Assembly: GCA_021790995.1 (NCBI GenBank) | Contig: JAJYFA010000001.1 | Location: 5,520 to 69,519, forward strand | Direction: 5' to 3' | Length of the DNA: 64,000 nucleotides | From: Acidobacteriota bacterium | GTDB taxonomy: Bacteria; Acidobacteriota; Terriglobia; Terriglobales; Acidobacteriaceae | In this document: positions 1 to 9,107 of the stretch, one piece after another | Position numbering within the stretch: the first letter of the stretch is position 1 | How the letters are laid out: the number at the start of each line of letters is the position of its first letter | The notes under the pieces: model-generated | Told to the model about the DNA's origin: nothing | The model's input: only the letters and a program-made list of their open reading frames with translations | Databases searched by the model: none | Position numbers and translations under genes: made by a program

Positions 1-189
1 TGTGTAAAGTCCTTCGCGTTTGCCCAAATTGTACCAATCTGCTCCCAGGAAGCTACGCTCCCGCAAGTGGCTGCACACGCAATCGCCGCACGATTCGGAA
101 AACTTCGATTCGTCTGTTCGTGCAACCACCTGCGCCATGACTAGCCTCTTGCTGCGCAGTGCGGGTGTAGACACGATTGATAGCGAGGC

Positions 190-2196
190 TCAGGGCAGGC
201 GCATTTCACCGGTCGGCTGGAATGCAATTCCCGCCACCGCGGCGCCGGAAGCAAGCACGTCTCTCATGCGGACCGGGTTTGCTCCGCCGCGAACTGCTGC
301 CTGCTCCAGCAGAAGTAACGCCACTGCCGGCTCCGTACCGGCTCGCAAGCGAAATATCCACGGAATGTCAGCGGACGTAAGGGACTTGTCGTCGCTCAAA
401 GCAACCACCGGAACAAAGCATTTCAACGCCAACTGCTCGGAAAGGTGGCTCGCGTCCCGGTCCAGGGCCACGATCGCCACGGCGTGTTCATCCATCAGAG
501 CGTGGACCAGTTGTGTGGAGGCCGCACCCCAGTTCTGCTTGCTATCGATCGGCAGCAGGGTCCATTGTTTTCCGTTGCGGGCGCTGTGCCGCAGCACTGA
601 CTGAACCTCGCGGGACTTAACGGCCTCCGCGGCTTGTGGCCCAAAGACAACCACGCGCACCTGTTCTGCCGGCGCGGCGAGAAACGACGGTGGAGCAAGA
701 CCGACTCCATCTTCGCCTACGCGCGCGTAGGGCACAATCGCCCCTGACGCGTTCGTCGATGCGTGCTGCACTGCGGGCCGCTCGCTCATCGGCTGCAACC
801 GATAAGTGACCGCGCCGTTGTGCACCGTGCCGATGTACATGGGCGACACGTTTTTCTGATTGGGATCGAAGGTCATGTGGGCCGTGACGCCGTCGTACTC
901 CCGGACATTATCAAGCGCGTCCTGAATGCGCACGCGATTCAAACCTGCCTTGCAGATCGAGTCCAGCAGGATATTCATCGCGTCGTAGGCGAGCGAAGCG
1001 AACTGATCGGGCTTTTCGTGGAAGCGGGTCTCGAAACGCTGGTTGAAGTCAATCCAGCGCGGATCGTTGCGCGTCGGGTCGTAGGGGAAGACGGCCTCAA
1101 AGCCCTCGGCGGCTGGGCCAGCTTTTGCAAGAAGCTCAGGCCCCAGCGTGCGATAGGAGCCGAAGACTCGCTGTTTCATGCCCATGGCGCGCATCTGTTT
1201 CAGGATCATTGCGGCGGGAGCTTCGTCGGTCCAGAGCACGATGGCGTCGGCGCGCGATTCCTGAATGATGCGCAACTGACGCGAGAAATCTGTATCGCTG
1301 GCGAAAAACTTTTGCTCGATCACCACGGGATGGCCGAGCCGGCGCGAGGCTGCGCGAAATTTTGGAACGCCCATGCGGCCGTAGCGGTTGTTGATACGCA
1401 GGATAGCAACGCGCTTGAGGCCGAGATCCGTGTAAATGCGGCGCGCCAGCGTGTAGCACTGCACGCGATCATCCTGCAGATCGGTGAAGTACCAGGGTAT
1501 GGAGGTTTCTGGAATGGTGGGATCGGTGGAGGCCGAATTGACAATAGGAATCTCAGCCTTCAACGCTACACGTAGCATGATGTGCGTCGATTCGGAACTG
1601 ATGGAGCCGAAGATCGCCCATGCCTTGTCGTCGTAGATGAGCTTGACGGCTACATCGGAGGCCGAGCCCCAGATAGCGGGATCGGTAGGCCGGTGGCTGC
1701 CTGCGACCGCGCTGGCCTGCCAGTTGTTGTAGTCGCCACGCAAGACGAGCTTATAGGGGATGCCGTTGTAACCGCCGCGGGCATCGGCTTCGTCCACCGC
1801 CATCTGCGCGCCTTGCAACATGCGCCGGCCAAAGACGTAGTCCGGGTCCCTCGGGTCAACGGGCGCAACAAAACCAACGCGCACCTCCTTCAAGCCGCTA
1901 GGATCGGGCGTGTCCCGGCCGGGACCATTCCAGATCGTTGGCTGGAGGTAGTTGAAGTAGTACGGAGTGATGAACTTGGCGTAAGGGCGCATGTCCTTCG
2001 GCTCGCCCGCATAGGGATCGGCAGTCCACGCGCGCTCCGGACCCGGCGGATGAGCGCCGCACTGGCATTTGGATCTCTGCTCGTCCCTGGCCCGAGCCGG
2101 TTGCGTCTTCGGCTGCTGGCACAAAACCGTGGCTGCGCCGCCCACGGCGCAGATGCAGGCTGCAGTCAACCACCACCCTTTGCGCATGGCCATCAC
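190..2196 (-). CDS. Periplasmic substrate-binding protein of ABC-transporter type (type-1 PBP, Leu/Ile/Val-binding-like) with an extra C-terminal PBP-like half
   Basis: 668-aa ORF with signal-like N-terminus WWLTAACICAVGGAATVLC. The blocks VGFVAPVDP..GAQMAVDEADARGGYNGIPYKLVLRGD and RVAILRINNRYG are typical of LivK-like binding proteins. The GTG at 2196 overlaps the stop of the upstream RidA gene; ATG alternatives lie at 2193 and 2187. Confidence 0.75.
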   Translation of the reverse strand: MMAMRKGWWLTAACICAVGGAATVLCQQPKTQPARARDEQRSKCQCGAHPPGPERAWTADPYAGEPKDMRPYAKFITPYYFNYLQPTIWNGPGRDTPDPSGLKEVRVGFVAPVDPRDPDYVFGRRMLQGAQMAVDEADARGGYNGIPYKLVLRGDYNNWQASAVAGSHRPTDPAIWGSASDVAVKLIYDDKAWAIFGSISSESTHIMLRVALKAEIPIVNSASTDPTIPETSIPWYFTDLQDDRVQCYTLARRIYTDLGLKRVAILRINNRYGRMGVPKFRAASRRLGHPVVIEQKFFASDTDFSRQLRIIQESRADAIVLWTDEAPAAMILKQMRAMGMKQRVFGSYRTLGPELLAKAGPAAEGFEAVFPYDPTRNDPRWIDFNQRFETRFHEKPDQFASLAYDAMNILLDSICKAGLNRVRIQDALDNVREYDGVTAHMTFDPNQKNVSPMYIGTVHNGAVTYRLQPMSERPAVQHASTNASGAIVPYARVGEDGVGLAPPSFLAAPAEQVRVVVFGPQAAEAVKSREVQSVLRHSARNGKQWTLLPIDSKQNWGAASTQLVHALMDEHAVAIVALDRDASHLSEQLALKCFVPVVALSDDKSLTSADIPWIFRLRAGTEPAVALLLLEQAAVRGGANPVRMRDVLASGAAVAGIAFQPTGEMRLP

Positions 2197-2693
2197 TCCT
2201 TGCCGCTGTCCCTTTTGTTGCGGAACATGGCGATGGCCTCGATCTCGATCAACAACTCAGGGCGGCAGAGAATCGCCTGAATGCCGGTTGAGGCGGGCAG
2301 TGGATCGAGCCCCTGTTCCTTGAAAAATGCGGTGCGCTCTTCGTTGAACGCCTCGTAGTCGCGCTCAATATCGCGCAGGTAGCAGGTGGTGCGCACGATG
2401 TCATGCCATGTGCAGCCTTCGCTGGCCAGTAAGCCGGTGATGTTGGCAAGCGTGCGCCGCATCTGGGCGCGAAAGTCGCCGATGTGCACACTTTGCCCGT
2501 TCTCGTCGATCGAGGCTGTGCCCGAGATCAGGAGAATCGTCACTTCGCCGATGTCGATCCTCATGCCACGCGAAAACGAGCTAGGCTTGCCGTAGCAGTA
2601 GGCTTCGTTCAGCACGTTGTGATTGGTGATGGCCCGCTTTTCGATCGGGGCGTGGGCGATGGTTTCAAGGATTTCAGCAAGTGCGTTCATCAC
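2193..2693 (-). CDS. RidA/YjgF/TdcF-family reactive-intermediate deaminase-like protein
   Basis: 166-aa ORF. The stretch ISGTASIDENG...FRAQMRRTLANITGLLASEG..WHDIVRTTCYLRDI...ASTGIQA..CRPELLIEIEAIA matches the YjgF/RidA fold signature. It overlaps the next gene by 4 nt. Confidence 0.85.
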   Translation of the reverse strand: MMNALAEILETIAHAPIEKRAITNHNVLNEAYCYGKPSSFSRGMRIDIGEVTILLISGTASIDENGQSVHIGDFRAQMRRTLANITGLLASEGCTWHDIVRTTCYLRDIERDYEAFNEERTAFFKEQGLDPLPASTGIQAILCRPELLIEIEAIAMFRNKRDSGKE

Positions 2694-2724
2694 GATGACT
2701 CCTTTGAAGATTTCTCAAAACGTT

Positions 2725-3858
2725 CTATCGTTGGCGAATTCCGTGGCTCAGCCCCTTCGCCGTTGCGACCCAGATGTCGTCGCCCTGGAAGTCGATGCCG
2801 AGAATGTAATTGTTAGCGGGCGCGGTTGTGACGGGGATATGGGCCACGTTGCCATGGGCATCCCGGACCCACATCTCCGGCTTGCCCGTGGCGAGCGAGG
2901 GTGTATAAACAGCCCAGTTGACGCCATCGTAGTAAGCCAGGCCCTTGTCGGTGCAGAACCAGGCATGATTCGCATCGACGCCCTTCACAAAATTCGTAAA
3001 GTTCGACGGCAGGCCACTGTCTTTGGTGAGGAAGTTATGCCAGTAACGGCCGTCGTAGCGGCTATCACCGAAATAGGTCGATGCCCACACGATGTTGCCG
3101 ACATAGCTGACCGACGAGACGATGTCGTGAACCAGTCCCTGATTCTTGAAGAGGACCAATTCGGTTTCGTCGTCAGGATCGGCGTACATGTCCCATCGGC
3201 CGGTCTTTTGGGTCAGTTCCAGCAAACCGCTGCCCCACACGGCGAAGTAGACTTTGTCGGGCTGCGCAGAAACGCCGTACACCCAGATCTCGCGCATAGG
3301 CGTATTGCGCTCGTTATAGAGCGACCACTGACCGGTTTGCAGATTAAGCCGGCCGGCGCCGGCAGCCGTGGCGACCCACACGTTCCCGCCTTCAACGGAG
3401 ACGCCATAGACGATATCGTTGCTGAGGCCGGAGTTGAACTGGTTGTAGCTGTCGATGCGTCCGGCAGAGATGCGGCTTAGTCCACCCATGGTGCCGGCCC
3501 ACACATCGCCGGTGCGCTTGTCGAGTGACAGCGAAAGCACAGCGCGGTGCGCCAGGCCGTCTTTCGTGTTGAAGGTCTTCCATTTGCCATTCTCATAAAG
3601 CCCCAGCCCGTCGTCGGTACCGGCCCAGATGCGGTCGCCATCCACCAGCACTGCGTAGACGTGATTGTCGGGCAGGCCGTTGGCGGTGGTGAAGTTCTCG
3701 AAACGGAAGCGAGGCATCCGCGGAACAGCCGAGGTCAAAGCGGCCTGGCGCCTGGCCTTCGGCTGCTGCGCGCAGGTGGCCGGAATGACGAGCGCATATG
3801 CAACCGCAACGGCTGCAAGCGCCCACGCCCAGATGCTGTTCTTCCCGCTCTTTTTCAT
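2725..3858 (-). CDS. Secreted beta-propeller protein built of two-component-regulator propeller (Reg_prop) repeats, with no kinase module
   Basis: 377 aa with signal peptide MKKSGKNSIWAWALAAVAVAYALVIPATCAQ. Repeats of the form NFTTANGLPDNHVYAVLVDGDRIWAGTDDGLGLYENGKW / FNTKDGLAH..VWAGTMGGLSRI resemble the periplasmic repeats of the two kinases in this window. Its start overlaps the upstream stop (3855-3858). Confidence 0.75.
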   Translation of the reverse strand: MKKSGKNSIWAWALAAVAVAYALVIPATCAQQPKARRQAALTSAVPRMPRFRFENFTTANGLPDNHVYAVLVDGDRIWAGTDDGLGLYENGKWKTFNTKDGLAHRAVLSLSLDKRTGDVWAGTMGGLSRISAGRIDSYNQFNSGLSNDIVYGVSVEGGNVWVATAAGAGRLNLQTGQWSLYNERNTPMREIWVYGVSAQPDKVYFAVWGSGLLELTQKTGRWDMYADPDDETELVLFKNQGLVHDIVSSVSYVGNIVWASTYFGDSRYDGRYWHNFLTKDSGLPSNFTNFVKGVDANHAWFCTDKGLAYYDGVNWAVYTPSLATGKPEMWVRDAHGNVAHIPVTTAPANNYILGIDFQGDDIWVATAKGLSHGIRQR

Positions 3859-5897
3859 CGCGTCCTCAGATATTCGATGAGGTCGTTGAGCTCATCTTTC
3901 GTAAGGTCGTTGGTACGTCCGTGCTTGTCGCCGGGGTTATAGATGGTCCAGATCTCTTCCAGGGTGCGCGCCGATCCGTCATGCAGGTAGGGCCCGGTGA
4001 GCGCAATGTTCGTCAACTGCGGTGTATCGAAGAGTCCGGAATCGTCGGTGGGCTTCTTTGTGCCCACATCGAAGGATTTTTGATCTGTGCCTAGCGGTCC
4101 GCTGTGGCAATAGTTGCAGCGGTTGGCGAGCGGAATGGGATAGCCGAACTTATCCTTCGTCCGTTCGAAGAGTTCCTTGCCGCGTTCCTGTGCCGTAGTG
4201 AGTTCGCCTGAGGCCATCCGCCAGCGGTTGGGCCGCGCAGGCAGGCTCAGAATGTAGCCGACCAGATCGGCCAGCGTGACATCGTCATACGTCTCCGAGC
4301 GCCAGAAATACTTCTCCGTGCGTGGGCCGCATTCGGTGGGCACATCGGGATTGCCGCCGTTCCACTTATAAGGCGCCGTATCCCGGATGTCCTCTAAAAG
4401 CCGGTTGTCGACAATATTGCGCCCGAAGCCATCCGGCTCCAGATCCCATTCCAACCCGTCGAAAGTGGAATCGATGTGGCAGTTGGCGCAGCCGATCTGA
4501 CCCTGGAAGGAGTAGCGCGCCGTATAGAACGTCTGCTCGCCGCGGCGCAGCGCCACAACCTGTTTGCGCATGCTCAGATCCATCGGCGAGTCCTGCCGAT
4601 GGCGTTCGTCGATATGGCACTGAGAGCACCGGGGCTTGCCATTGGGCCGGTCGTTGACCGCGGAGAAGATACGATCGCTGAATTGCATCGACCAGAGCTG
4701 ACGTGAACCGGCGAGCAGAATCGTGGAGATGATGCGATCGGTGCGGGTATCGATCACGCTGATCGAATCGTCGAGCCGGTTGGCGACCAGGAGCCTGCGG
4801 CCGTCGGGGGTGAGGGTTGCGCCGCGCGGATCGTGCCCGACGGGGATGCGCGCAATCACATAGTTGGCGCTGGCGGCAAGATCTTCTGCATAGGGTCCGC
4901 GGTGCGTGCGGAGATAGCGCAGCAGATGAGGCACATCGATGGCGAGGACGGCCTCCGAGCCGCCACAGGTGACAAACATCCGAGACTTGTCGGGTGTGAT
5001 GGCCACGCCGAAAGGACGCGCGGAGTAGCGATCGAGTTCGTCGAGAGGAATCTCCACCGATTTGCCGCCCACATCCGCGCCAAAGAGCGTCAGTGTGTCG
5101 ACGAAGGCTCCGCCGTGCTCCAGGTGCGCCAGCGGAACAAGGTTTTTCGGATGCAGTTCGGCCGCCGCGCCCAGCCGGCCGTCGGCGGAGATGGCCACGT
5201 GAAAAACGCCGGCGATACCGTGGAGCGGGATGCGATCGACCACTTCGGCGCGCGCGGTGTCTATGACCGTGATCTCCGACTCGGGCGGAGTGCGCTCGGG
5301 GCCCGGATTCGGGTAGATGTGCGTGACGTAAAGACGCTGGCCCTCCGCAGAAGGCGTAATATAACTGGCGCCGCGCCCGGCCAGCAGACGCTTCACCTCT
5401 GCGCCGGTGTGCGCATCGAGCACGGCTACATCGTCGGAGATGCGATTGGCGACAAACAGGTATTTACCCGCCCGATCCTCGACCACGCTCGATGGCTCCG
5501 CGCCCACTCTCCAGGTAGCAATCACGTCGAGGGCCTGCGTGTCGATCACCGAAACGGTGTCGTCCCAGGAGTTGGCGACAAAAAGCCTGCGGCCATGGGC
5601 CGAGAGCGAGAATCCGCGTGGCGAGTGGCCAACCACGATGCTCTTGATGGGTACATAGGTTACGGCGTTCAGTACACGCACCTCGTCACTCTGGCTGGCC
5701 AGCACGTAAAGCTGCGTCCCATCGTGAGAAAACAGCATTTCTACAGGCGAGGCATAGTTCAGAATCTCGCCGGATTCGCCGGCAGCATCCACGCGCGCCG
5801 TACTGTTCCACGCAGAGGCGCAAAAAAACGTCGCAGCCAGCGCGGCCAGGCAGGCGCCTGCGCTTGTCCTGAACCGGCTGATGGCGAACCGCCTCAT
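3855..5897 (-). CDS. Fusion of an N-terminal YVTN-type beta-propeller with a C-terminal dihaem cytochrome c peroxidase/MauG-like domain
   Basis: 680 aa with a signal-like N-terminus. Propeller repeats include LFVANSWDDTVSVIDTQ, LFVANRISDDVAVLDAHTG and LLVANRLDDSISVIDTRT. There are three CXXCH motifs (CSQCH, CANCH, CNYCH). The CCP C-terminal signature FDTPQLTNIALTGPYLHDGSARTLEEIW is present. Confidence 0.8.
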   Translation of the reverse strand: MRRFAISRFRTSAGACLAALAATFFCASAWNSTARVDAAGESGEILNYASPVEMLFSHDGTQLYVLASQSDEVRVLNAVTYVPIKSIVVGHSPRGFSLSAHGRRLFVANSWDDTVSVIDTQALDVIATWRVGAEPSSVVEDRAGKYLFVANRISDDVAVLDAHTGAEVKRLLAGRGASYITPSAEGQRLYVTHIYPNPGPERTPPESEITVIDTARAEVVDRIPLHGIAGVFHVAISADGRLGAAAELHPKNLVPLAHLEHGGAFVDTLTLFGADVGGKSVEIPLDELDRYSARPFGVAITPDKSRMFVTCGGSEAVLAIDVPHLLRYLRTHRGPYAEDLAASANYVIARIPVGHDPRGATLTPDGRRLLVANRLDDSISVIDTRTDRIISTILLAGSRQLWSMQFSDRIFSAVNDRPNGKPRCSQCHIDERHRQDSPMDLSMRKQVVALRRGEQTFYTARYSFQGQIGCANCHIDSTFDGLEWDLEPDGFGRNIVDNRLLEDIRDTAPYKWNGGNPDVPTECGPRTEKYFWRSETYDDVTLADLVGYILSLPARPNRWRMASGELTTAQERGKELFERTKDKFGYPIPLANRCNYCHSGPLGTDQKSFDVGTKKPTDDSGLFDTPQLTNIALTGPYLHDGSARTLEEIWTIYNPGDKHGRTNDLTKDELNDLIEYLRTR

Positions 5898-7693
5898 TGC
5901 GGCTCCTCCACCGTAAGAACACGGTCCACACCCACATTTTCGAGCGTTTGCACGCGCCCGCTCGGCCAGCGAACCGTCAGCTTGTCGATGATATCGGCCG
6001 CACCAAGCCCAAAGTGCAATCGGCCGTCATTCTCGGAGAGATAGCCGGAACTGGCAACGCGCTCCGCGGTCCATCGACTGCCGCCGGACAGCACTTCAAC
6101 CCGGGCGCCGATGCCGTCGCGGTTGCTCTTTGCAGCGGCGCCGGGAGCCCTGCCGTGATCGCCGGCGCGCATCGCGCCTACCAGCTTCAGGTCAATCCAG
6201 TGGCCTGTGCCGGTAGAAACATTCTGAAGCAGCTTGCCTTCCGCGCCAAGATTGACCATGAATGCGCCAACTTTGCCGTTGTTCTGGTAGTCGGCGAAAC
6301 ATGCCCCGCGCGCCACCGTGCGGTCGCTTAGCACCTGCCCCGCCTGGCGCGAATCGTCCTCGAACTTTCCGTTGCCGAGGCCGCGAAAGAGTGTGTGCTC
6401 CATCGGGATGAGATGAATCAGCCCGCCGTGGAAGACGAGAATGTCCAGCTCACCGTCATTGTCGAAGTCGTAGACTCCTGAACTCCAGCTCACGTACTGC
6501 GCATCAGTCTGTGAGATGCCGGCGGGTGCGGTGACATCGTCAAAACCCTTCCAGTCGTATTTTGCAACCGGCGCTCCAGGCTGCGGAGCGCCCAGGTTCT
6601 CGAGAAAGCGGTTGTAGCTGCCATCCGTCACCCACAGGTCCAGCACACCGCGGTGCCAGAAATCGGCCGCCACCGGCCCCATGGACGAAGTTGCTTCGCC
6701 ATCCTGCCCGTAGGCCGATCCGGTGTCGTTGGCAATCTCTTCGAAGGTTCCATCGTGCTTGTTATGAAAAAGAAAGTTCTGGATGCTGTCGTTGGTGACG
6801 TAGATATCGTCCCAGCCGTCGTTATCGAAGTCTGCCGCGGTGACGCCCATGGTGCGGCCAATATAAGCGCCGATGCCTGCTTTATCCGTCACATCGGTGA
6901 AGGTTCCGTCGCAATTGTTGTGGAACAACCTGTTGGTTTCACCCGCATAGTCGAGCGGCCCCGGATAGTTATCGGCGGCATAGAATGCGCGATAGGTGGG
7001 ATCGAACTTTACATAGCGGCCGACGAGCAAATCGAGGCAGCCATCCCTGTCGTAGTCGAGCCAGGTGGAGCTGATGGCCCAGCCGTCGACCTTGATGCCG
7101 GCCTTGGCGGTTACGTCGGTAAAGTGGCCGTTGCCGTCGTTATGGTAGAGAACCACCTTGCCGAAGCCGGTCACCAGCAGGTCTTCGTTGCCGTCATTGT
7201 CGTAATCGCCCGCGGTGGCGGCGATGGAATACATGTTGGGATCGAGACCTGATTCTGCCGTTACGTCAGTGAAATGGCCGTTGCCGTCGTTACGATAGAG
7301 ATAGTTGTGCGGCGGCGGATTGGGCTTCTCCTTGAGCGGATACGGATGCATTGAATCGGCGAGGGGACGGCCGTTCACAACATAGAGCGAAGGCCGGCCG
7401 GAGTTGTTGTAGTCGAACCAGACACAGCCTGCGCCGGTGCCCTCGAGCAGCGAACCCAGTTTGGCTGAGCCGAAGCTGTGCACAAAATGGATGCCGGAGT
7501 CCCCGGTTGCGTCCTCGAAGCGGATCGTTGCGTGAGGCGGCGATGGCGCCTCAGCGGACTTCGTTTGCGTTACGGATGGCGCGTTTTGTGCGGAGGGCTG
7601 CCCGGAAGGCGCGCACGACGAAGACAGCGGCGCGCCGGATTGCGCCGCCGCAACCGAAACTGTGCTCAAAAAGAACAGAAGACCAAGGCGCAT
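5894..7693 (-). CDS. CRTAC1-family protein (FG-GAP/VCBS repeats plus ASPIC/UnbV C-terminal domain), paralog 1
   Basis: I trimmed the track ORF (to 7897) to the ATG at 7693, which gives signal peptide MRLGLLFFLSTVSVAAAQS and sits 1 nt after the upstream stop. Repeats include GDYDNDGNEDLLVTGFGKVVLYHNDGNGHFTDVT and FDNDGWDDIYVTND. The UnbV_ASPIC-like tail is RDGIGARVEVLSGG..SSGYLSENDGRLHFGLG....VRWPSGRVQTL. Confidence 0.85.
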   Translation of the reverse strand: MRLGLLFFLSTVSVAAAQSGAPLSSSCAPSGQPSAQNAPSVTQTKSAEAPSPPHATIRFEDATGDSGIHFVHSFGSAKLGSLLEGTGAGCVWFDYNNSGRPSLYVVNGRPLADSMHPYPLKEKPNPPPHNYLYRNDGNGHFTDVTAESGLDPNMYSIAATAGDYDNDGNEDLLVTGFGKVVLYHNDGNGHFTDVTAKAGIKVDGWAISSTWLDYDRDGCLDLLVGRYVKFDPTYRAFYAADNYPGPLDYAGETNRLFHNNCDGTFTDVTDKAGIGAYIGRTMGVTAADFDNDGWDDIYVTNDSIQNFLFHNKHDGTFEEIANDTGSAYGQDGEATSSMGPVAADFWHRGVLDLWVTDGSYNRFLENLGAPQPGAPVAKYDWKGFDDVTAPAGISQTDAQYVSWSSGVYDFDNDGELDILVFHGGLIHLIPMEHTLFRGLGNGKFEDDSRQAGQVLSDRTVARGACFADYQNNGKVGAFMVNLGAEGKLLQNVSTGTGHWIDLKLVGAMRAGDHGRAPGAAAKSNRDGIGARVEVLSGGSRWTAERVASSGYLSENDGRLHFGLGAADIIDKLTVRWPSGRVQTLENVGVDRVLTVEEPQ

Positions 7694-7694
7694 C

Positions 7695-9107
7695 TCAGTT
7701 CCCCTCCTGTCCTGCACCGCGAGATTTGACCGGCTTCGGCGGGACGGTGAGGTCGACAGGCGTCGTGGTGTGCAACAGCACAGCCGGCACGCGGTTTTCC
7801 GCTGCGCGCTCAGGCCCGGTGTGGCAGCCAACGCAGATGCGCTGCTCGCCGCCGCGCGCCCAGAACCAGCCGCGCTCGCGCCGCACCACCGCGCCATCCC
7901 GATTCAGCAAGGTGAAACGAATGGGCGTGTCGCCCGGAACCTTCACGAAAAACGATCCATCCCGCTCCACGGGCGCCGTGCCCATCGAAATTGCCTTTCC
8001 GTTCGCATCCTGCATCTCAAGCCTCACCGATGCGGACGCGGTCTTCAGATCGCCTTCGCGAGACAGACGCGAATCAAAGGCCAGCAAGTTGGCGTAGTTC
8101 CAAGGGTGTAGCCCTGAAGGATGACGATTGGGCCGTTCCCTGGGAGTCACAGGCGCCGGCTCGACGAGATCCATGCCCTGTTTCGCAAATTCGGGCTTCA
8201 TGGTTGGCGCACCCGGCCTCCATAAACGGATCGCATAATGCTCGTCCGCTGCCGCTCGTACGCTCACCAGCCAGGCATCCGCGGCGATCTCAGCAATAGC
8301 GCCCGCGTACTCGCCGCGCGGCGCGGCCACCGGCGTCTCATGAGCCAGCGGAGAAGTGAAACGCGCGAGCGACGTGCCGTGGGTGAAGATCGTGTCACCG
8401 GAGCTCAATTGCGTTCCGCCCCAGCGTGCGCGGCCGTGATCGCAGCGGTAAGACTCCACCCCGGAACCGTCGGCGTAAACCAGGTACAGCTCCGGGGTCG
8501 AGCTCCGCCCAAGAGGAAAACCAGCCTCAAACAAAATGCGCCCATCCTGCAAAACCGCATCTGGAAACGCACTGGCGTGAAGATGCGAGAGCGGCAGAAA
8601 ACCGGGGTCGGCCGTGGGATTGCGCGGTGGGTTTTTCTGCGGGCGGCCATCGTCGGAGGAATCGAGATCGAATCCACTGGGAGTCCGCTGGGCCCAGACT
8701 AACCGGCCGCCGGGAAGATACAACGGGCGCTCGGCATCCGTTGCGGTCGTAACCACGCGTCGCACGGATCGGTCCTGAAGGTTCAGTTCCCAGATTTGCC
8801 ACGGATCGCTGGCGATTTTCTTGCCTGCAAACAGTACCGACTTGCCGTCGTAGGAGACATCGGCATCGGCTGAAGCAGCAAAGTCCGGAACCAGAGGCTC
8901 CGCCTTGCGGTTGTGAACCAGCAGCAGATGCGCGCCGGATGGGAAACGCTCCTCGCCGCGCAACTCGGCAAGCGGCTTATAGACAGGCGCGGAAGTGACA
9001 ATGAAATCCACACCCGGCGCCTGTTGCGGCGTGGGTGCGAAGCCACACAACGCAATCAAGACAAGCAGTGCGGCGCCCGTAGCAAGCATCAGGAGTCCTG
9101 CTCTCAT
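7695..9107 (-). CDS. Exported HzsA-related protein: TolB/PD40-like propeller region, hydrazine-synthase-alpha-like Ig/middle domain, single C-terminal CXXCH
   Basis: 470 aa with signal/anchor [51 protein letters not shown] is TolB-like. The C-terminal block [71 protein letters not shown] matches my memory of the family annotated 'HzsA-related protein' (Pfam HZS_alpha). The domain call was not verified by search. Confidence 0.55.
   Translation of the reverse strand: MRAGLLMLATGAALLVLIALCGFAPTPQQAPGVDFIVTSAPVYKPLAELRGEERFPSGAHLLLVHNRKAEPLVPDFAASADADVSYDGKSVLFAGKKIASDPWQIWELNLQDRSVRRVVTTATDAERPLYLPGGRLVWAQRTPSGFDLDSSDDGRPQKNPPRNPTADPGFLPLSHLHASAFPDAVLQDGRILFEAGFPLGRSSTPELYLVYADGSGVESYRCDHGRARWGGTQLSSGDTIFTHGTSLARFTSPLAHETPVAAPRGEYAGAIAEIAADAWLVSVRAAADEHYAIRLWRPGAPTMKPEFAKQGMDLVEPAPVTPRERPNRHPSGLHPWNYANLLAFDSRLSREGDLKTASASVRLEMQDANGKAISMGTAPVERDGSFFVKVPGDTPIRFTLLNRDGAVVRRERGWFWARGGEQRICVGCHTGPERAAENRVPAVLLHTTTPVDLTVPPKPVKSRGAGQEGN

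Noticed and set aside
5894-7897. N-terminal extensions of several track ORFs: 5894-7897, 11496-15164, 25432-26361, 29283-33005, 36575-38032, 44429-46657, 46751-47815, 50028-53933 and 61697-62710.
   Set aside because: In each case an internal ATG gives a canonical signal peptide or RBS, removes overlap with the neighbouring gene or operator site, and discards an Arg/Pro-rich non-homologous leader. I therefore trimmed the starts. The trimmed starts remain predictions.
3855-9107. Calling the locus a genuine anammox hydrazine synthase.
   Set aside because: The HzsA-related protein is short (470 aa) and has a single CXXCH, whereas the alpha subunit has two haems. No hydrazine dehydrogenase, anammoxosome or ladderane genes are present. 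The surrounding genome looks like an aerobic heterotroph. Only the module-level analogy is retained, as a hypothesis.
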